A DNA stretch of 64,000 bases from Candidatus Latescibacterota bacterium. GTDB taxonomy: Bacteria > Krumholzibacteriota > Krumholzibacteriia > WVZY01. Position 1 is the first letter of the stretch; every line of letters starts with the position of its first letter. The position numbers and the translations under genes are program-made. This document shows positions 1 through 10,183 of this stretch, piece after piece. A model generated the notes under the pieces. The model was not told the DNA's origin. It did no database searches and saw only the letters and a program-made list of their open reading frames with translations. The stretch spans positions 47,839 to 111,838 of the forward strand of contig CAWBQK010000010.1 of NCBI GenBank assembly GCA_963791045.1, written 5' to 3'.

Positions 1-147
1 CTGGTCGAAATACCGGAAAATCACTCCGTCCTCGACGATTTCAGGGCCCGCACCAATGCCCCCACCTTTCGAGCCGCCGAAGCAACCGGCGAGCGCAAAA
101 GACAGGAATACAACGCCAAACACCAATCTCGTATGTTTAATACTCAT
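1..147 (-). CDS. CBM48/glycogen-binding-domain lipoprotein (5' part only, runs off the window)
   Basis: Manual translation from ATG at 147: MSIKHTRLVFGVVFLSFALAGCFGGSKGGGIGAGPEIVEDGVIFRYFDQ. Lipobox LAGC; 'AGPEIVEDGVIFRY' parallels the neighbour's 'AGPAVKEGEIVFRF'. Not in the ORF track. Confidence 0.7.
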   Translation of the reverse strand, partial: MSIKHTRLVFGVVFLSFALAGCFGGSKGGGIGAGPEIVEDGVIFRYFDQ

Positions 148-154
148 AAGTAGT

Positions 155-595
155 TTACCGGATTTCCAGCCGGTCGCTGTCGGAGTACAAAATGACCTGC
201 GAACACGTGCCTGTCGGGCCACCGGATACCTCTTCAGGCACCCCCGGATCAAGATGCCACGTGTTTTCGTCCACCCAAAACAAATATTTGTACCGCCCTG
301 CCGGCAACGCAACGGATATTTCCCAGATACCGTCGCTATCCTCATCCTTCATCAAACCGATATTGGCCTCCCCGGCGCTGCCGTCTCCTCTCGCCCAGTT
401 ATTCTCGGGCCAGTTACCGGCGAGCTGAACCCTTCGCGCCGACGGAGAGTAGAACCGGAATACGATTTCACCCTCCTTGACGGCGGGTCCCGCGCTCAGA
501 CTTCGGGGGGCGATATATCCGCAACCGGCCATCGTGCAGATCAGCACGGCGGCGATGATCAAACCTGTTATTGCCCGTATACGGAGCATCATCAT
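155..595 (-). CDS. Lipoprotein with CBM48/AMPK-beta-type glycogen-binding domain
   Basis: Lipobox MAGC; E-set/CBM48 pattern FRF..P.ARRVQLAGNW..NNW...GIWEISVALPAGRYKYLFWVD..WHLDP. Confidence 0.8.
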   Translation of the reverse strand: MMMLRIRAITGLIIAAVLICTMAGCGYIAPRSLSAGPAVKEGEIVFRFYSPSARRVQLAGNWPENNWARGDGSAGEANIGLMKDEDSDGIWEISVALPAGRYKYLFWVDENTWHLDPGVPEEVSGGPTGTCSQVILYSDSDRLEIR

Positions 596-605
596 TCGGA
601 TTGTC

Positions 606-2639
606 CTAGAAGAACACGATCACTTCAAGTTTTAACACCCTGTTGTCCTGAAGGGATTCCTCCTGGCGGTGAATTCCCTCGCCCAGAACCGCCGCGTCGG
701 CACGTCCCACCCCCACAGGAATCGCCTGACGAAGATGTTCAAGACGGCCGATATCGGAATACTCGTTGATCACCGGATCGAGTACCACGGGATCGAACCC
801 AAACCCCACACTTGCTTCCACCCAGTCCCTCCGGTACCCGGCTTCAAGGTAGAGCGAATAAAATGTTTTGTTGAGCGACCACGAGTCTTTGTCGTAAACG
901 GCAATTCGCGAGTCGAGCTGACCGTAGATATATTTGTAGATCCGATGATCCACCACCGCCCGGAGATCCGCGTATTCGACACCACCAAAAAATTCCCGCA
1001 TCACCAGTGCGCCGCTCGCAAATACGGAGGTCCGCGCCGCGTCGGGAATTCGCGACAACCGCGACAACACGCGCTCGTTCCATACAAACGCGCCCCCAAA
1101 CTGGGTGCTTCGCGGGTTATCGAACACGACCATATTCTCCACGGTCAATTTGTCGCGGTAGTCGAGCCAGAAGTTTCTCGCGGGCGTGAAGAAGTGGAAA
1201 TCATCGGGCGTGGCGCCGTAGTCCTGATCGAGATATCCAAGTCTCGCTGTTGCTTTCCATTCGTCCGCGCCATACTCGAGGTCAACGCCCGTCGTTTGAA
1301 TCGTTGCATCCGCGGGCTCGTACAAACCCGCTTTAAATTCGAAACGGCTCCACGAGTAATACGCGCGCGCCGTCCACCGCGATTTTTCGTATTCGAGCGC
1401 TCCATGCCAGCGCTTGCTCGTCTGCATTGGAATCTTCTTGTCCGACGGGTCGGTATTTTGACCGACCGAAATGTCACTACCCGAAACGGAAACCGGGTAT
1501 GTCGACACCGCGTCGGTCCGGACATCGGCCGTCGCCCTTCCCAGCCCAGCAACGGCGGCGAGATGCGACAAAAACCTCCAACGGAGCCACACTACGTCGG
1601 CGCCCCAGAATTCACGCGTTGTGTATGCCGTCGCCACGCCACCCGAATCGCCTTGTTCAACCGAGGCCAGTGTCCCCGGTTGAAATCCCTGGTTACCGCG
1701 TTTGACATATCCGAGCTTGAAACTCCCCAGGTCGGCAAATACTTCGAACCCCCACGTATCCATCCCGCCAAATGTATTTTCGTAACCGTACACCGGCTTA
1801 TCGCTCTCGCCCGCCAACTCTGTCGAATCGACGGCAACGGGCGGACCGGGACGCGTGCCGATCTTGTCGGTGTAGAGCGCGCTGAATTCGACGTTCAACG
1901 GGAGCGGCAGCACCGCGGCGACACCGTGGCGTTCGTATCCGGCGTTGTAATCGAACACGCCGACTTTTCCAAAAAGGTTAAACGGGTCGGACGATGTCCA
2001 GGTGGTGTCGTTTTCGAACCCCCTCACAACCTTGTCGTCAAAATGGAGGTCGATGAACCCGCGATCGAAATCGACCTGCGCTTTCAATGGCGAGAGACTC
2101 CACGAATCGTTCAACGTCTTGAAGTCGACGCTCGCGTCAATCCGCTTGCTCGAATGTTTAAATATAAAATCGATCCGCTGGTCGGAACTGGTAGCACCGT
2201 CATCGAGCAAAAACGCCCCCGCATACCGAAGGTGCGGTTGAAGCACCGCGACGACTTCTTTCTCTACCTCCTCGGTCGACCCGAACGCAAGCATCCCACC
2301 CCGCTCTTCGAGAACCAGCACGGATCCCTTGGCCGCGTCCACCGGCGGGTTGTCGGGATCCACGACCCACTCCCCATCGACCACAAACTTGTAACGGTAG
2401 GTTCCCGCGAGAAGAAACAGATACACCGAGTACTTTCCGTCGACCACTTCCATTTTTTCCAGCGTGGGGTTCCAATTGTTGAAATCCCCAACAAGGAAGA
2501 CGTTCTTCGCTTGGGGCGCATCGAGCGTGAAAATAACTTCATCATCGACAATACGAACCGCCGCTCCGGACGTGCCGGCAATCATAACCGCCGCGAGCAC
2601 GCAGACGATGAGGCATATGCAACCGGGCCGCTTTCTCAA
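606..2639 (-). CDS. Secreted protein: N-terminal CBM48 fused to a probable outer-membrane beta-barrel
   Basis: Signal peptide; VFLVGDFNNWN...GTYRYKFVVDGEWVVDPDNP; amphipathic strands; C-terminal LEVIVFF. Confidence 0.7.
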   Translation of the reverse strand: MRKRPGCICLIVCVLAAVMIAGTSGAAVRIVDDEVIFTLDAPQAKNVFLVGDFNNWNPTLEKMEVVDGKYSVYLFLLAGTYRYKFVVDGEWVVDPDNPPVDAAKGSVLVLEERGGMLAFGSTEEVEKEVVAVLQPHLRYAGAFLLDDGATSSDQRIDFIFKHSSKRIDASVDFKTLNDSWSLSPLKAQVDFDRGFIDLHFDDKVVRGFENDTTWTSSDPFNLFGKVGVFDYNAGYERHGVAAVLPLPLNVEFSALYTDKIGTRPGPPVAVDSTELAGESDKPVYGYENTFGGMDTWGFEVFADLGSFKLGYVKRGNQGFQPGTLASVEQGDSGGVATAYTTREFWGADVVWLRWRFLSHLAAVAGLGRATADVRTDAVSTYPVSVSGSDISVGQNTDPSDKKIPMQTSKRWHGALEYEKSRWTARAYYSWSRFEFKAGLYEPADATIQTTGVDLEYGADEWKATARLGYLDQDYGATPDDFHFFTPARNFWLDYRDKLTVENMVVFDNPRSTQFGGAFVWNERVLSRLSRIPDAARTSVFASGALVMREFFGGVEYADLRAVVDHRIYKYIYGQLDSRIAVYDKDSWSLNKTFYSLYLEAGYRRDWVEASVGFGFDPVVLDPVINEYSDIGRLEHLRQAIPVGVGRADAAVLGEGIHRQEESLQDNRVLKLEVIVFF

Positions 2640-4129
2640 AAATCACCCCGGAGTGTAATAACCCACTGCGAAGACCCCGAACGGAGCACGCCAAGATCCC
2701 GGTCCTCGAGAACGAACGGATCATCCCCGAAGTACGAGCGTCCATACCCGACGTACGCAAATATGCGGTTGCTTGGCCGGTACTCGAGACGGAAGAACGT
2801 CGCCTGAGAGACTGTAAAATCCCGACTGAGAAGAAACCGCCAGTGCAGTCCCCAATCCGGCGTAATGACCATCTTGCCGTCCCACGCAAACAACCGTTCG
2901 GAATAAACCGTGTCGAGATCCTTCCACATGATATGGGCGCCGGTATGAAGTTTCTTAATCCGGTAACGCACGGCGCCGTGAACGTAGTTCTTTTTGGTTT
3001 CGATGGGCTGTTCATCGATCCGCCCCACACCCCCCCTGAGGAAACATTCCATCCCGTTCTTCAGAGCCGTCCATGCGCCCGCTTCGACAAAATCTCTCTC
3101 TTCGTTTTCGAGCACGCTGCGGGCGCTCTTGTGATAGAGAAGGCGTCCGCTGACACTCACATCGGTGGCGAGAAAATATGCCGCCGCCGTTTGCCCGACC
3201 TGCGACCCTCCCGGCATACCCAGGTCGCTCACAAACTCTTCGCCAACGGCCTCATACTTCCAAACGACACCCAGTCGCCCGGCATCGGTTACGGGTATCG
3301 ATCTCAACCTGACTTCGGCAAACGCCGCGCCGCCGCGCGGGAGAACCTGGCTGAAGTTGGTGCCGTCGTACGCGCCCCAATCGAACGATCCACCGGGGAG
3401 AAAGAACCCCGAATCCTCGTATCCGGATTGTTGATATGACACCGAGACAAACGCGAGTTTCCACGCCGAACTCAGCTCCGTCTTGATCAACGCGTGGTTA
3501 AGCGGACCATGAACACCGGGGTCATCCATAAGATACGACGCAGAGAACGATGCGAGTCTGTGCGAGTAGAGAGCCTTCAGATAAGAGGCGCTCCGCGCGT
3601 CGCCCGGATCGTCTCCAAAAAGAGAGTACAAACCGGTGATGTCGAAACCGGACCGGGTCTTTATATCGACACGCGCACCGCGGTTGTCTCCCGATTCTCC
3701 CGCCCGGTCATCGTCGATAAGGGGCGTTGTAAAATCGCAAACAAAGAATCGCCGCTCGTTGGCGAAGAGGCGGATTCCGTAGTCCCACGTCTCGAGCTTC
3801 TGGCTCCACAGATAGTCGCCCTGTTCAAATCGAAATCGTTTTTGGGTGTCGTTGTCGCCCACAAATCCCCAGTAACCTGCCCCCTTGAGATACAGGCTGC
3901 CGTAACGGGTTTCGAGCGCCTTGAGATCGAGCATCAAACGAGTCCGGTCGATCGCCGCCTGGGTGGTGGCGTTCCACGGATACGGGTTCGACTGTTCATC
4001 GAGTAACAGCTGATACTCGAACCGGCCGCCGAACTCAACATTTCCTAAACGCGCGGCCTCCTGCGCGCGGACGGCCGGCGGCGCGAGCGCGACGAGGAGA
4101 ACCAGTATGGAGATACCCCTCCTTACCAC
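2636..4129 (-). CDS. Putative outer-membrane beta-barrel protein
   Basis: Signal peptide (..AVRA); aromatic alternating strands; C-terminal WVITLRGDF; overlaps both neighbours. Confidence 0.6.
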   Translation of the reverse strand: MVRRGISILVLLVALAPPAVRAQEAARLGNVEFGGRFEYQLLLDEQSNPYPWNATTQAAIDRTRLMLDLKALETRYGSLYLKGAGYWGFVGDNDTQKRFRFEQGDYLWSQKLETWDYGIRLFANERRFFVCDFTTPLIDDDRAGESGDNRGARVDIKTRSGFDITGLYSLFGDDPGDARSASYLKALYSHRLASFSASYLMDDPGVHGPLNHALIKTELSSAWKLAFVSVSYQQSGYEDSGFFLPGGSFDWGAYDGTNFSQVLPRGGAAFAEVRLRSIPVTDAGRLGVVWKYEAVGEEFVSDLGMPGGSQVGQTAAAYFLATDVSVSGRLLYHKSARSVLENEERDFVEAGAWTALKNGMECFLRGGVGRIDEQPIETKKNYVHGAVRYRIKKLHTGAHIMWKDLDTVYSERLFAWDGKMVITPDWGLHWRFLLSRDFTVSQATFFRLEYRPSNRIFAYVGYGRSYFGDDPFVLEDRDLGVLRSGSSQWVITLRGDF

Positions 4130-5031
4130 TCGCCCACCCCCTCTTCATCCAATTCCGGAAGCGATATCCCCACCGAAAAAAGATAGCTCAGCCCGAGCAT
4201 GTCGTGCGATACGACACCGGCGTCGATTACAACGTTGGACACCTTGAGACCGATTCCGCCGGTGACGCTACCTTCGCGAAGACCGGACCGCAATCGCAGG
4301 AGCTTCCCCGCCTTGACTTCGATACCCAAGAGGTCACGCCACTTGCCGTCCTGTCCACGCTCGCGTTCATACACCATCGATACACGCCGGTCCCAATGAT
4401 ACGCGACGCCGATCGCGTGGACCATTTCGAGACTCGTCGGGCCGGCCCACGAGCCGCCTTCACGTCCGTTGAGGGCGAAATCAAACTCGGGCTCACCGAT
4501 GTTGCGAACCGTGTACCCGAAACCGATGACGGGAAAGGGCCGCAGGAGAACGGACAACACTCCGGAGACGGCGGTTTTCGAATCGGCTACACCGGGGTAC
4601 GCGACATGGGTGACATCGATTGCGCCGCCAACCGAGAGCGAGGCGTCCTGCGACGTCCGTATCAGATCGCGGCCGTAGGCCAGCGAAAAAAGGTCTTCGG
4701 AAGTTACTTCGGAGAGAGAGAATCGATGCCACGACAAACCAAACGCGCCGATTTTTGTCGGTATCACGCCGGCGAGAAAATACTCGTTCAGGTCGGTCAA
4801 TCCGTATGGCTGGGAAATTGTCGAGAGAACGCTCGCCGTCGGGATTTGCGTCAACCCCGCAGGGTTGTAGATGACGGCGCTCGCATCGTCCGCCACGCTG
4901 ACAAACGCGCCGCCCATTGAGAACGCGCGGGAGGAAACATAGAGACGCTCGAAGTGGGCATCGGCCGTCACCGGCACGAGCACAGCCGCAAGGATAATCA
5001 GAAGAATGGTTGATCGCCGCCGAATTATCAA
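4123..5031 (-). CDS. PorV-like/UPF0164 outer-membrane barrel protein
   Basis: SSRAFSMGGAFVSVADDASAVIYNPAGL motif; likely TTG start at 5031 (the ORF track extends to 5157). Confidence 0.7.
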   Translation of the reverse strand: MIIRRRSTILLIILAAVLVPVTADAHFERLYVSSRAFSMGGAFVSVADDASAVIYNPAGLTQIPTASVLSTISQPYGLTDLNEYFLAGVIPTKIGAFGLSWHRFSLSEVTSEDLFSLAYGRDLIRTSQDASLSVGGAIDVTHVAYPGVADSKTAVSGVLSVLLRPFPVIGFGYTVRNIGEPEFDFALNGREGGSWAGPTSLEMVHAIGVAYHWDRRVSMVYERERGQDGKWRDLLGIEVKAGKLLRLRSGLREGSVTGGIGLKVSNVVIDAGVVSHDMLGLSYLFSVGISLPELDEEGVGEW

Positions 5032-5044
5032 CGTGTCACTCCGT

Positions 5045-6196
5045 TTACCGAATGACCGCAAACGATGCCCTGGCCGTATTCTTGATCGAACCGCTTCCCG
5101 CTCCCCCGGAGACCGCGATGATATAGACACCGCCGCCGACCGTGTCGCCGCGATCATCTTTGAAATCCCACTCGATCCCGAACTCGCCTTGCGAAAAATC
5201 GACAGGTTGATCGTCGATCAAATTGCGGACGGCATACCCCGCCGATGAAAACACCTTTGCCGTCACATAGACCGGCTCCGTGTAATCATCCGTATCGAGC
5301 ACCACCGGAAATGTCGCCGGGACACCGTCCGACGGCGACAGGAGTTTCTTCTCCAGCTGAATTCTTAGCGAGAACACCTGTCTCACCGTCGTGTCCTGCG
5401 CATCCGCTGATACGGCGTACGTCGCCTCGACCCTCGGCGAGATTCCCATATCGAGGATTCCATCCGAATCCGAATCGAGCGGAATTCTTACATGATTGTC
5501 GGTGATTGCAACGCGTGTCGAATCGTTCTCGAGGACAATAGAAGGATCGGGTGCGGCGTCACCCGCCCCGGTGCTTTCGCCGCCCGTAATGACGGCGAGA
5601 ACGCCGAGGACCGGCTGCCCGGGCGGAACACGAACCCCCTCGGGCGCACGTTCATAATCGCCAAGCTGGTCCCACGGTATCGCCACCTCGAGTGCGCCGC
5701 CGTTCACCCCATCCTGGACATACATCGACTGGTACTTCCCGTCCTCGATCAGATTGAATGGGCTGACACAATCGACATAACCCACAACCGGCTCAGGAGA
5801 CGTCCGGCTTACGCGCAGCAGGAGATTCGGGGACATTCCGCCAAATTCGATATTCCTCCGAAAATACTCCTGGGTGGCGAGATTCTCGACGCCGCCACAG
5901 GACACGTCGAGAAACAACATCAAAGTGCTCGTCATGGTAACGGCGGGTACAGCCACGTATATATTGTAATTATCCCATGTTACGGCAATCGCTTCGACCT
6001 CGTTATCGCGTCCCCAACGGGAATCTCCTGGGCGTTCGCGAAACGCCGTCGCCGAGTCGAGCACCCACTCGTCATCCTCAAAGTCGACGGGGCTGCCATC
6101 GATGATTATGCGGGAACGGAGGTCGGGGGCGGTCGCTCCATAAACCGCCCCTGTGTGGAGGAGCAAGGCCACAGACAGAAGAATAGCACGAATCAT
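5045..6196 (-). CDS. Secreted protein with DOMON/CBM9-like N-terminal domain and FlgD-Ig-like C-terminal domain
   Basis: Signal peptide; IIIDG..DF, AVTWDNYNIYVAV..LFLD, LEVAIPWDQLG; DSDSDG; C-terminal VFSSAGYAVRNL..EWDFKDDRGDTVGGGVYII. Confidence 0.6.
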   Translation of the reverse strand: MIRAILLSVALLLHTGAVYGATAPDLRSRIIIDGSPVDFEDDEWVLDSATAFRERPGDSRWGRDNEVEAIAVTWDNYNIYVAVPAVTMTSTLMLFLDVSCGGVENLATQEYFRRNIEFGGMSPNLLLRVSRTSPEPVVGYVDCVSPFNLIEDGKYQSMYVQDGVNGGALEVAIPWDQLGDYERAPEGVRVPPGQPVLGVLAVITGGESTGAGDAAPDPSIVLENDSTRVAITDNHVRIPLDSDSDGILDMGISPRVEATYAVSADAQDTTVRQVFSLRIQLEKKLLSPSDGVPATFPVVLDTDDYTEPVYVTAKVFSSAGYAVRNLIDDQPVDFSQGEFGIEWDFKDDRGDTVGGGVYIIAVSGGAGSGSIKNTARASFAVIR

Positions 6197-6687
6197 TTTG
6201 GCGAGTCCCTCTCCTCATCCAGGCGCGTGAGACCTTCGAGCATCAGATGGTCGAGAGGGATATCGATCCGGATTTCCTGAGACACCGGTGTCTTGCCGGT
6301 AAGAAACGTAAACGAGCCTTCCTGCCAGCGGACGACTTCAAAAATCACATCTTTGATCTGTTCGATCACTGCGCGTCGAAGATCGATTTCGTTTATGTGC
6401 CCATCTTCGATCAGGACAGCTCCTATCCGCTTTCTCTTTTTGCCGCGCTTCAAAAGCACCGCGTCAAGAAGCTCCTGATTAATGATTCCCGCCCTTATGA
6501 GATACTCGCCAATCTTCACCGGCCTGTTCTTTATCCCGGCAAAGGTAACGTTTCCATCTTCAAAGAATATGCTCGCCGAATTTTCGCTCCCCTTGAGCTT
6601 CAATTCACCCGTCGCCACGGCAAGGTTGAGCATCTGCATCACCGCAATCGGCTGGAATACCGCGAGATTTCCCTTAAGATCCGGCAT
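6193..6687 (-). CDS. DUF4388 (PATAN-like) domain protein
   Basis: LKGNL..F....VMQML....TGEL..IFFEDG; KIGEYL; W.EGSFTF; HLMLEG.TRLDE. Confidence 0.75.
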   Translation of the reverse strand: MPDLKGNLAVFQPIAVMQMLNLAVATGELKLKGSENSASIFFEDGNVTFAGIKNRPVKIGEYLIRAGIINQELLDAVLLKRGKKRKRIGAVLIEDGHINEIDLRRAVIEQIKDVIFEVVRWQEGSFTFLTGKTPVSQEIRIDIPLDHLMLEGLTRLDEERDSPK

Positions 6688-7471
6688 CTTGCGTACCTTT
6701 CTTGATGTGTCTCACCCCGATGATCAGTTGGGAGACGATCACCGACCCAAATATAACCCCGAGAAACGGATACAACACCCCGCCAAACCGGGCACGCCAC
6801 TCCATATCCGTTTGTGAAAGTACAATGATCAGTATACCAGCGACGGCCTGGAGTACACCAACTATTTTGCCCACCGGCGTCGCCTTGAATTTCAACGGCC
6901 CAGCAACAATCCGCGCAACCACCGCGCCGGCCAAAAGAGTCACGTATCTCGCAAGCAGGACTATCAGCACCCACGCTGGGATGAAGCCTCTGACAAAGAA
7001 AGCAGCAAAAAGCCCGGCGGTCGTAACAATGTCAGCCGCGGGATCCATGACGACGCCAAACTCGGTTTCCCGGTGCGTCCGCCGCGCGACAATCCCGTCG
7101 GCGATGTCCGTCAAACCCGACAACACATACAATGCGAGCGCGCCCATCATTCGATCGTGGATGACGAGCATGACAATCGGCACGGCGAGGAGAAAACGGG
7201 AGAAGGTGAGCTTGTTTGCCCAACCGAGGACGGGTTGTCCACCGCCGGAGCAGTCGCACAGAAGCCCGATGTTGAACAGGACAAACGCGAGGAAAACCAC
7301 ACCGCCCACAGTGGAAAAGATCGCGATTGTTGCAAAGAGTCCGGGGCCGGACGACAAACAGGCGACCGCCAGAATGGCGAGGACCACGATGTGGCACAAC
7401 ATAAAAAACCGGACGATCTCGTAAACGAGCGTCCGGTTTTTGTCGATTTCAATGATCGAGCCCACTGTCAC
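6674..7471 (-). CDS. CDP-alcohol phosphatidyltransferase family protein
   Basis: WANKLTFSR; DIADGIVARR...EFGVVMDPAAD signature; several TM helices. Confidence 0.85.
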   Translation of the reverse strand: MTVGSIIEIDKNRTLVYEIVRFFMLCHIVVLAILAVACLSSGPGLFATIAIFSTVGGVVFLAFVLFNIGLLCDCSGGGQPVLGWANKLTFSRFLLAVPIVMLVIHDRMMGALALYVLSGLTDIADGIVARRTHRETEFGVVMDPAADIVTTAGLFAAFFVRGFIPAWVLIVLLARYVTLLAGAVVARIVAGPLKFKATPVGKIVGVLQAVAGILIIVLSQTDMEWRARFGGVLYPFLGVIFGSVIVSQLIIGVRHIKKGTQDAGS

Positions 7472-10119
7472 TTCTTCAGCGACGCCTGTGCCGCCGCCAG
7501 CCGGGCCACGGGCACCCTGTACGGCGAGCAGCTCACATACTGCAGTCCGACATCGTCAAAGAACTCGATAGAGGCGGGATCTCCGCCGTGCTCGCCGCAC
7601 ACACCAAGCTTGATGTCTGGTTTGGTCTTCTGCCCGCGCTCAACGGCAAGGCGGACGAGTCCACCGACACCTTTTACATCGAGAGAATCGAAAGGATCCC
7701 CGGGAAGCACACTCTTCTCCACATAATCCTTGAGAAACTTGCCCGAATCATCACGGCTGAACCCAAACGTCATCTGGGTCAGATCATTGGTTCCAAAACT
7801 GAAGAAATCGGCTACCTCGGCAATCTCGTCGGCCACGACGGCAGCCCTGGGCACTTCGATCATCGTACCGATGAGATACGGTATATCCATGCCTTCCCTT
7901 TCGAGAACGGCGTCGCCGACCCGGGCTATCATCTCGCGGAGCAGCGCGAGTTCGGCTTTGGTTCCCACCAGTGGGACCATAATCTCCGGCTGAACGTCCA
8001 CGCCCTCGCGTTTTGCCAGGACGGCCGCTTCGAGTATCGCCTCGGCCTGGGTTTCATAGATCTCGGGATAGGTAATTCCGAGACGGCATCCCCGGTGCCC
8101 AAGCATCGGATTGAACTCGTGCAAATTCTCAATCGCCGCCTCGATCTCTTCCACCGAACGCCCGATCACTTTCGCCGTGCTGGCAATCTCGGCGGCCTCT
8201 TTGGGTAGGAACTCATGGAGCGGCGGATCGAGAAGACGGATCGTCACGGGCTTGCCGTTCATCGCCCTGAACACGCCAAGGAAATCATCGCGCTGCATCG
8301 GCTGAATCTTCTTGAGCGCGGCAATGCGCTCGTCTTGATTCGACGCCATGATCATTTCCCGTACCACGGGAATCCGGTCTTCGGCGAAAAACATATGTTC
8401 GGTTCTTGCGAGCCCGATTCCCTCGGCGCCGAACTCGACAGCGATTCGGGCGTCTTCGGGCGTATCGGCGTTCGCGCGGACCTTCATACGACGGTGTTCG
8501 TCCGCCCATCCCATGAACTTATGATAGTAGTCGTCGAGAACAGGATCGACGGTGGGCAAGACACCCTCGAACACACTACCCGTGGTGCCGTCGACCGTAA
8601 CTTCGGTACCGGCTTGATAGGTCTTACCATCAACCGTGAATGTTCTCTTATCGTAGTCAACGGAGAGTTTCGAGCAACCGGCGACACAGCACTTGCCCAT
8701 CCCGCGGGCAACAACCGCCGCGTGCGAGGTCATCCCGCCGCGCGCGGTGACGATCGCCTCCGCCGCCTTCATTCCCTCGACATCTTCCGGGGACGTTTCG
8801 AGCCGCATCAACACAACCTTGTCGCCCGCCGCGACCCGACTCAGCGCCTCTTCGACCGAGAAGACCACGTGCCCGCAAGCGGCCCCCGGAGACGCGGGAA
8901 GCCCCTTCGCAATCGGCTCCGCTTTGATAGAAGGGTCGATCATCGGGTGGAGGAGCGTTTCGACCTGGTTTGCATCGACACGGAGTATCGCTTCCTTTTG
9001 GTTAATGAGCCCCTCATCAACCATGTCAATCGCAATGCGGATGGCCGCGCGCCCCGTCCTCTTGCCGTTTCGGGTTTGGAGCATCCATAGCTTACCCTTT
9101 TGGATCGTAAACTCGATATCCTGCATGTCGCGGTAATGCAACTCGAGATTTTTGTAAATCGATTCGAGTTCGCCATAGATCGACGGCATCGTTGCCTCGA
9201 GACTCTTCGCGGATAATTCGCTCGACCCGTCCTTATTTATTGGCAGCGGTGTCCGGATGCCCGCAACAACGTCTTCACCCTGCGCGTTCGCCAGATATTC
9301 GCCAAAAAACCGCTGCTCGCCCGTCGCCGGGTCACGTGTAAACGCGACACCGGTCGCACAGTCATCACCCATATTTCCAAACACCATCGCCTGAACGTTC
9401 ACGGCGGTGCCCCAGTGGTGGGGAATGGCGTTCATCCCTCTGTATTTGACGGCACGGTTTCCATTCCACGATTTGAACACCGCGGTGATGGCGCCCCACA
9501 GCTGTTCCATCGGCTCTTCCGGAAACGGAATGCCTTTTTCTCGTTTGACTATTTGCTTGTAAGTTTCGATAAGACTCTTGAGGTCATCGACGGACAATTC
9601 GTTGTCAAGATTGGCCCCAACTTCTTCCTTCTTCGCGTGGATGGCCTTTTCGAAAAGTTCATGCTCGACATCCATCACCACATTTCCATACATGTGGATG
9701 AACCGACGATAGCTGTCGAACGCAAACCTGGGATTTTCCGTGCGATCGATAAGCGCCTGGACCGTTGTATCGTTCAACCCGAGGTTGAGAACGGTGTCCA
9801 TCATTCCGGGCATCGACGTTCTCGCGCCCGAACGTACGGACATGAGGAGCGGGTTATCGCCGTCTCCGAATTTCGAACCCATTACCTTTTCAACCTTGGA
9901 GATATTTTCCTCGACTTCTCCGGTGAGAACGTCCGGATAATTTCCATTGTTATTCATAAAAAGAGTGCACACTTCGGTAGAAATCGTAAAACCAGGGGGG
10001 ACCGGTATTTCGAGGTTGGTCATCTCGGCCAGGTTGGCGCCTTTGCCGCCCAGGAGATTTCGCATGGTCGCGTTCCCCTCAGCCTTGCCTTCGCCGAAGA
10101 AATAGACGTGCTTCGACAT
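7468..10119 (-). CDS. ppdK: Pyruvate, phosphate dikinase
   Basis: LLGGKGANLAEM, SVRSGARTSMPGMMDT, GGMTSHAAVVAR, EFNPMLGHRGCR, GVCGEHGGDP; 883 aa. Confidence 0.98.
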   Translation of the reverse strand: MSKHVYFFGEGKAEGNATMRNLLGGKGANLAEMTNLEIPVPPGFTISTEVCTLFMNNNGNYPDVLTGEVEENISKVEKVMGSKFGDGDNPLLMSVRSGARTSMPGMMDTVLNLGLNDTTVQALIDRTENPRFAFDSYRRFIHMYGNVVMDVEHELFEKAIHAKKEEVGANLDNELSVDDLKSLIETYKQIVKREKGIPFPEEPMEQLWGAITAVFKSWNGNRAVKYRGMNAIPHHWGTAVNVQAMVFGNMGDDCATGVAFTRDPATGEQRFFGEYLANAQGEDVVAGIRTPLPINKDGSSELSAKSLEATMPSIYGELESIYKNLELHYRDMQDIEFTIQKGKLWMLQTRNGKRTGRAAIRIAIDMVDEGLINQKEAILRVDANQVETLLHPMIDPSIKAEPIAKGLPASPGAACGHVVFSVEEALSRVAAGDKVVLMRLETSPEDVEGMKAAEAIVTARGGMTSHAAVVARGMGKCCVAGCSKLSVDYDKRTFTVDGKTYQAGTEVTVDGTTGSVFEGVLPTVDPVLDDYYHKFMGWADEHRRMKVRANADTPEDARIAVEFGAEGIGLARTEHMFFAEDRIPVVREMIMASNQDERIAALKKIQPMQRDDFLGVFRAMNGKPVTIRLLDPPLHEFLPKEAAEIASTAKVIGRSVEEIEAAIENLHEFNPMLGHRGCRLGITYPEIYETQAEAILEAAVLAKREGVDVQPEIMVPLVGTKAELALLREMIARVGDAVLEREGMDIPYLIGTMIEVPRAAVVADEIAEVADFFSFGTNDLTQMTFGFSRDDSGKFLKDYVEKSVLPGDPFDSLDVKGVGGLVRLAVERGQKTKPDIKLGVCGEHGGDPASIEFFDDVGLQYVSCSPYRVPVARLAAAQASLKK

Positions 10120-10183
10120 CTGTCACTCGCTTTCGGTTGGAATGATTTTTCTGGGATAATAAATCCGGACCTGATGGCCAGCG

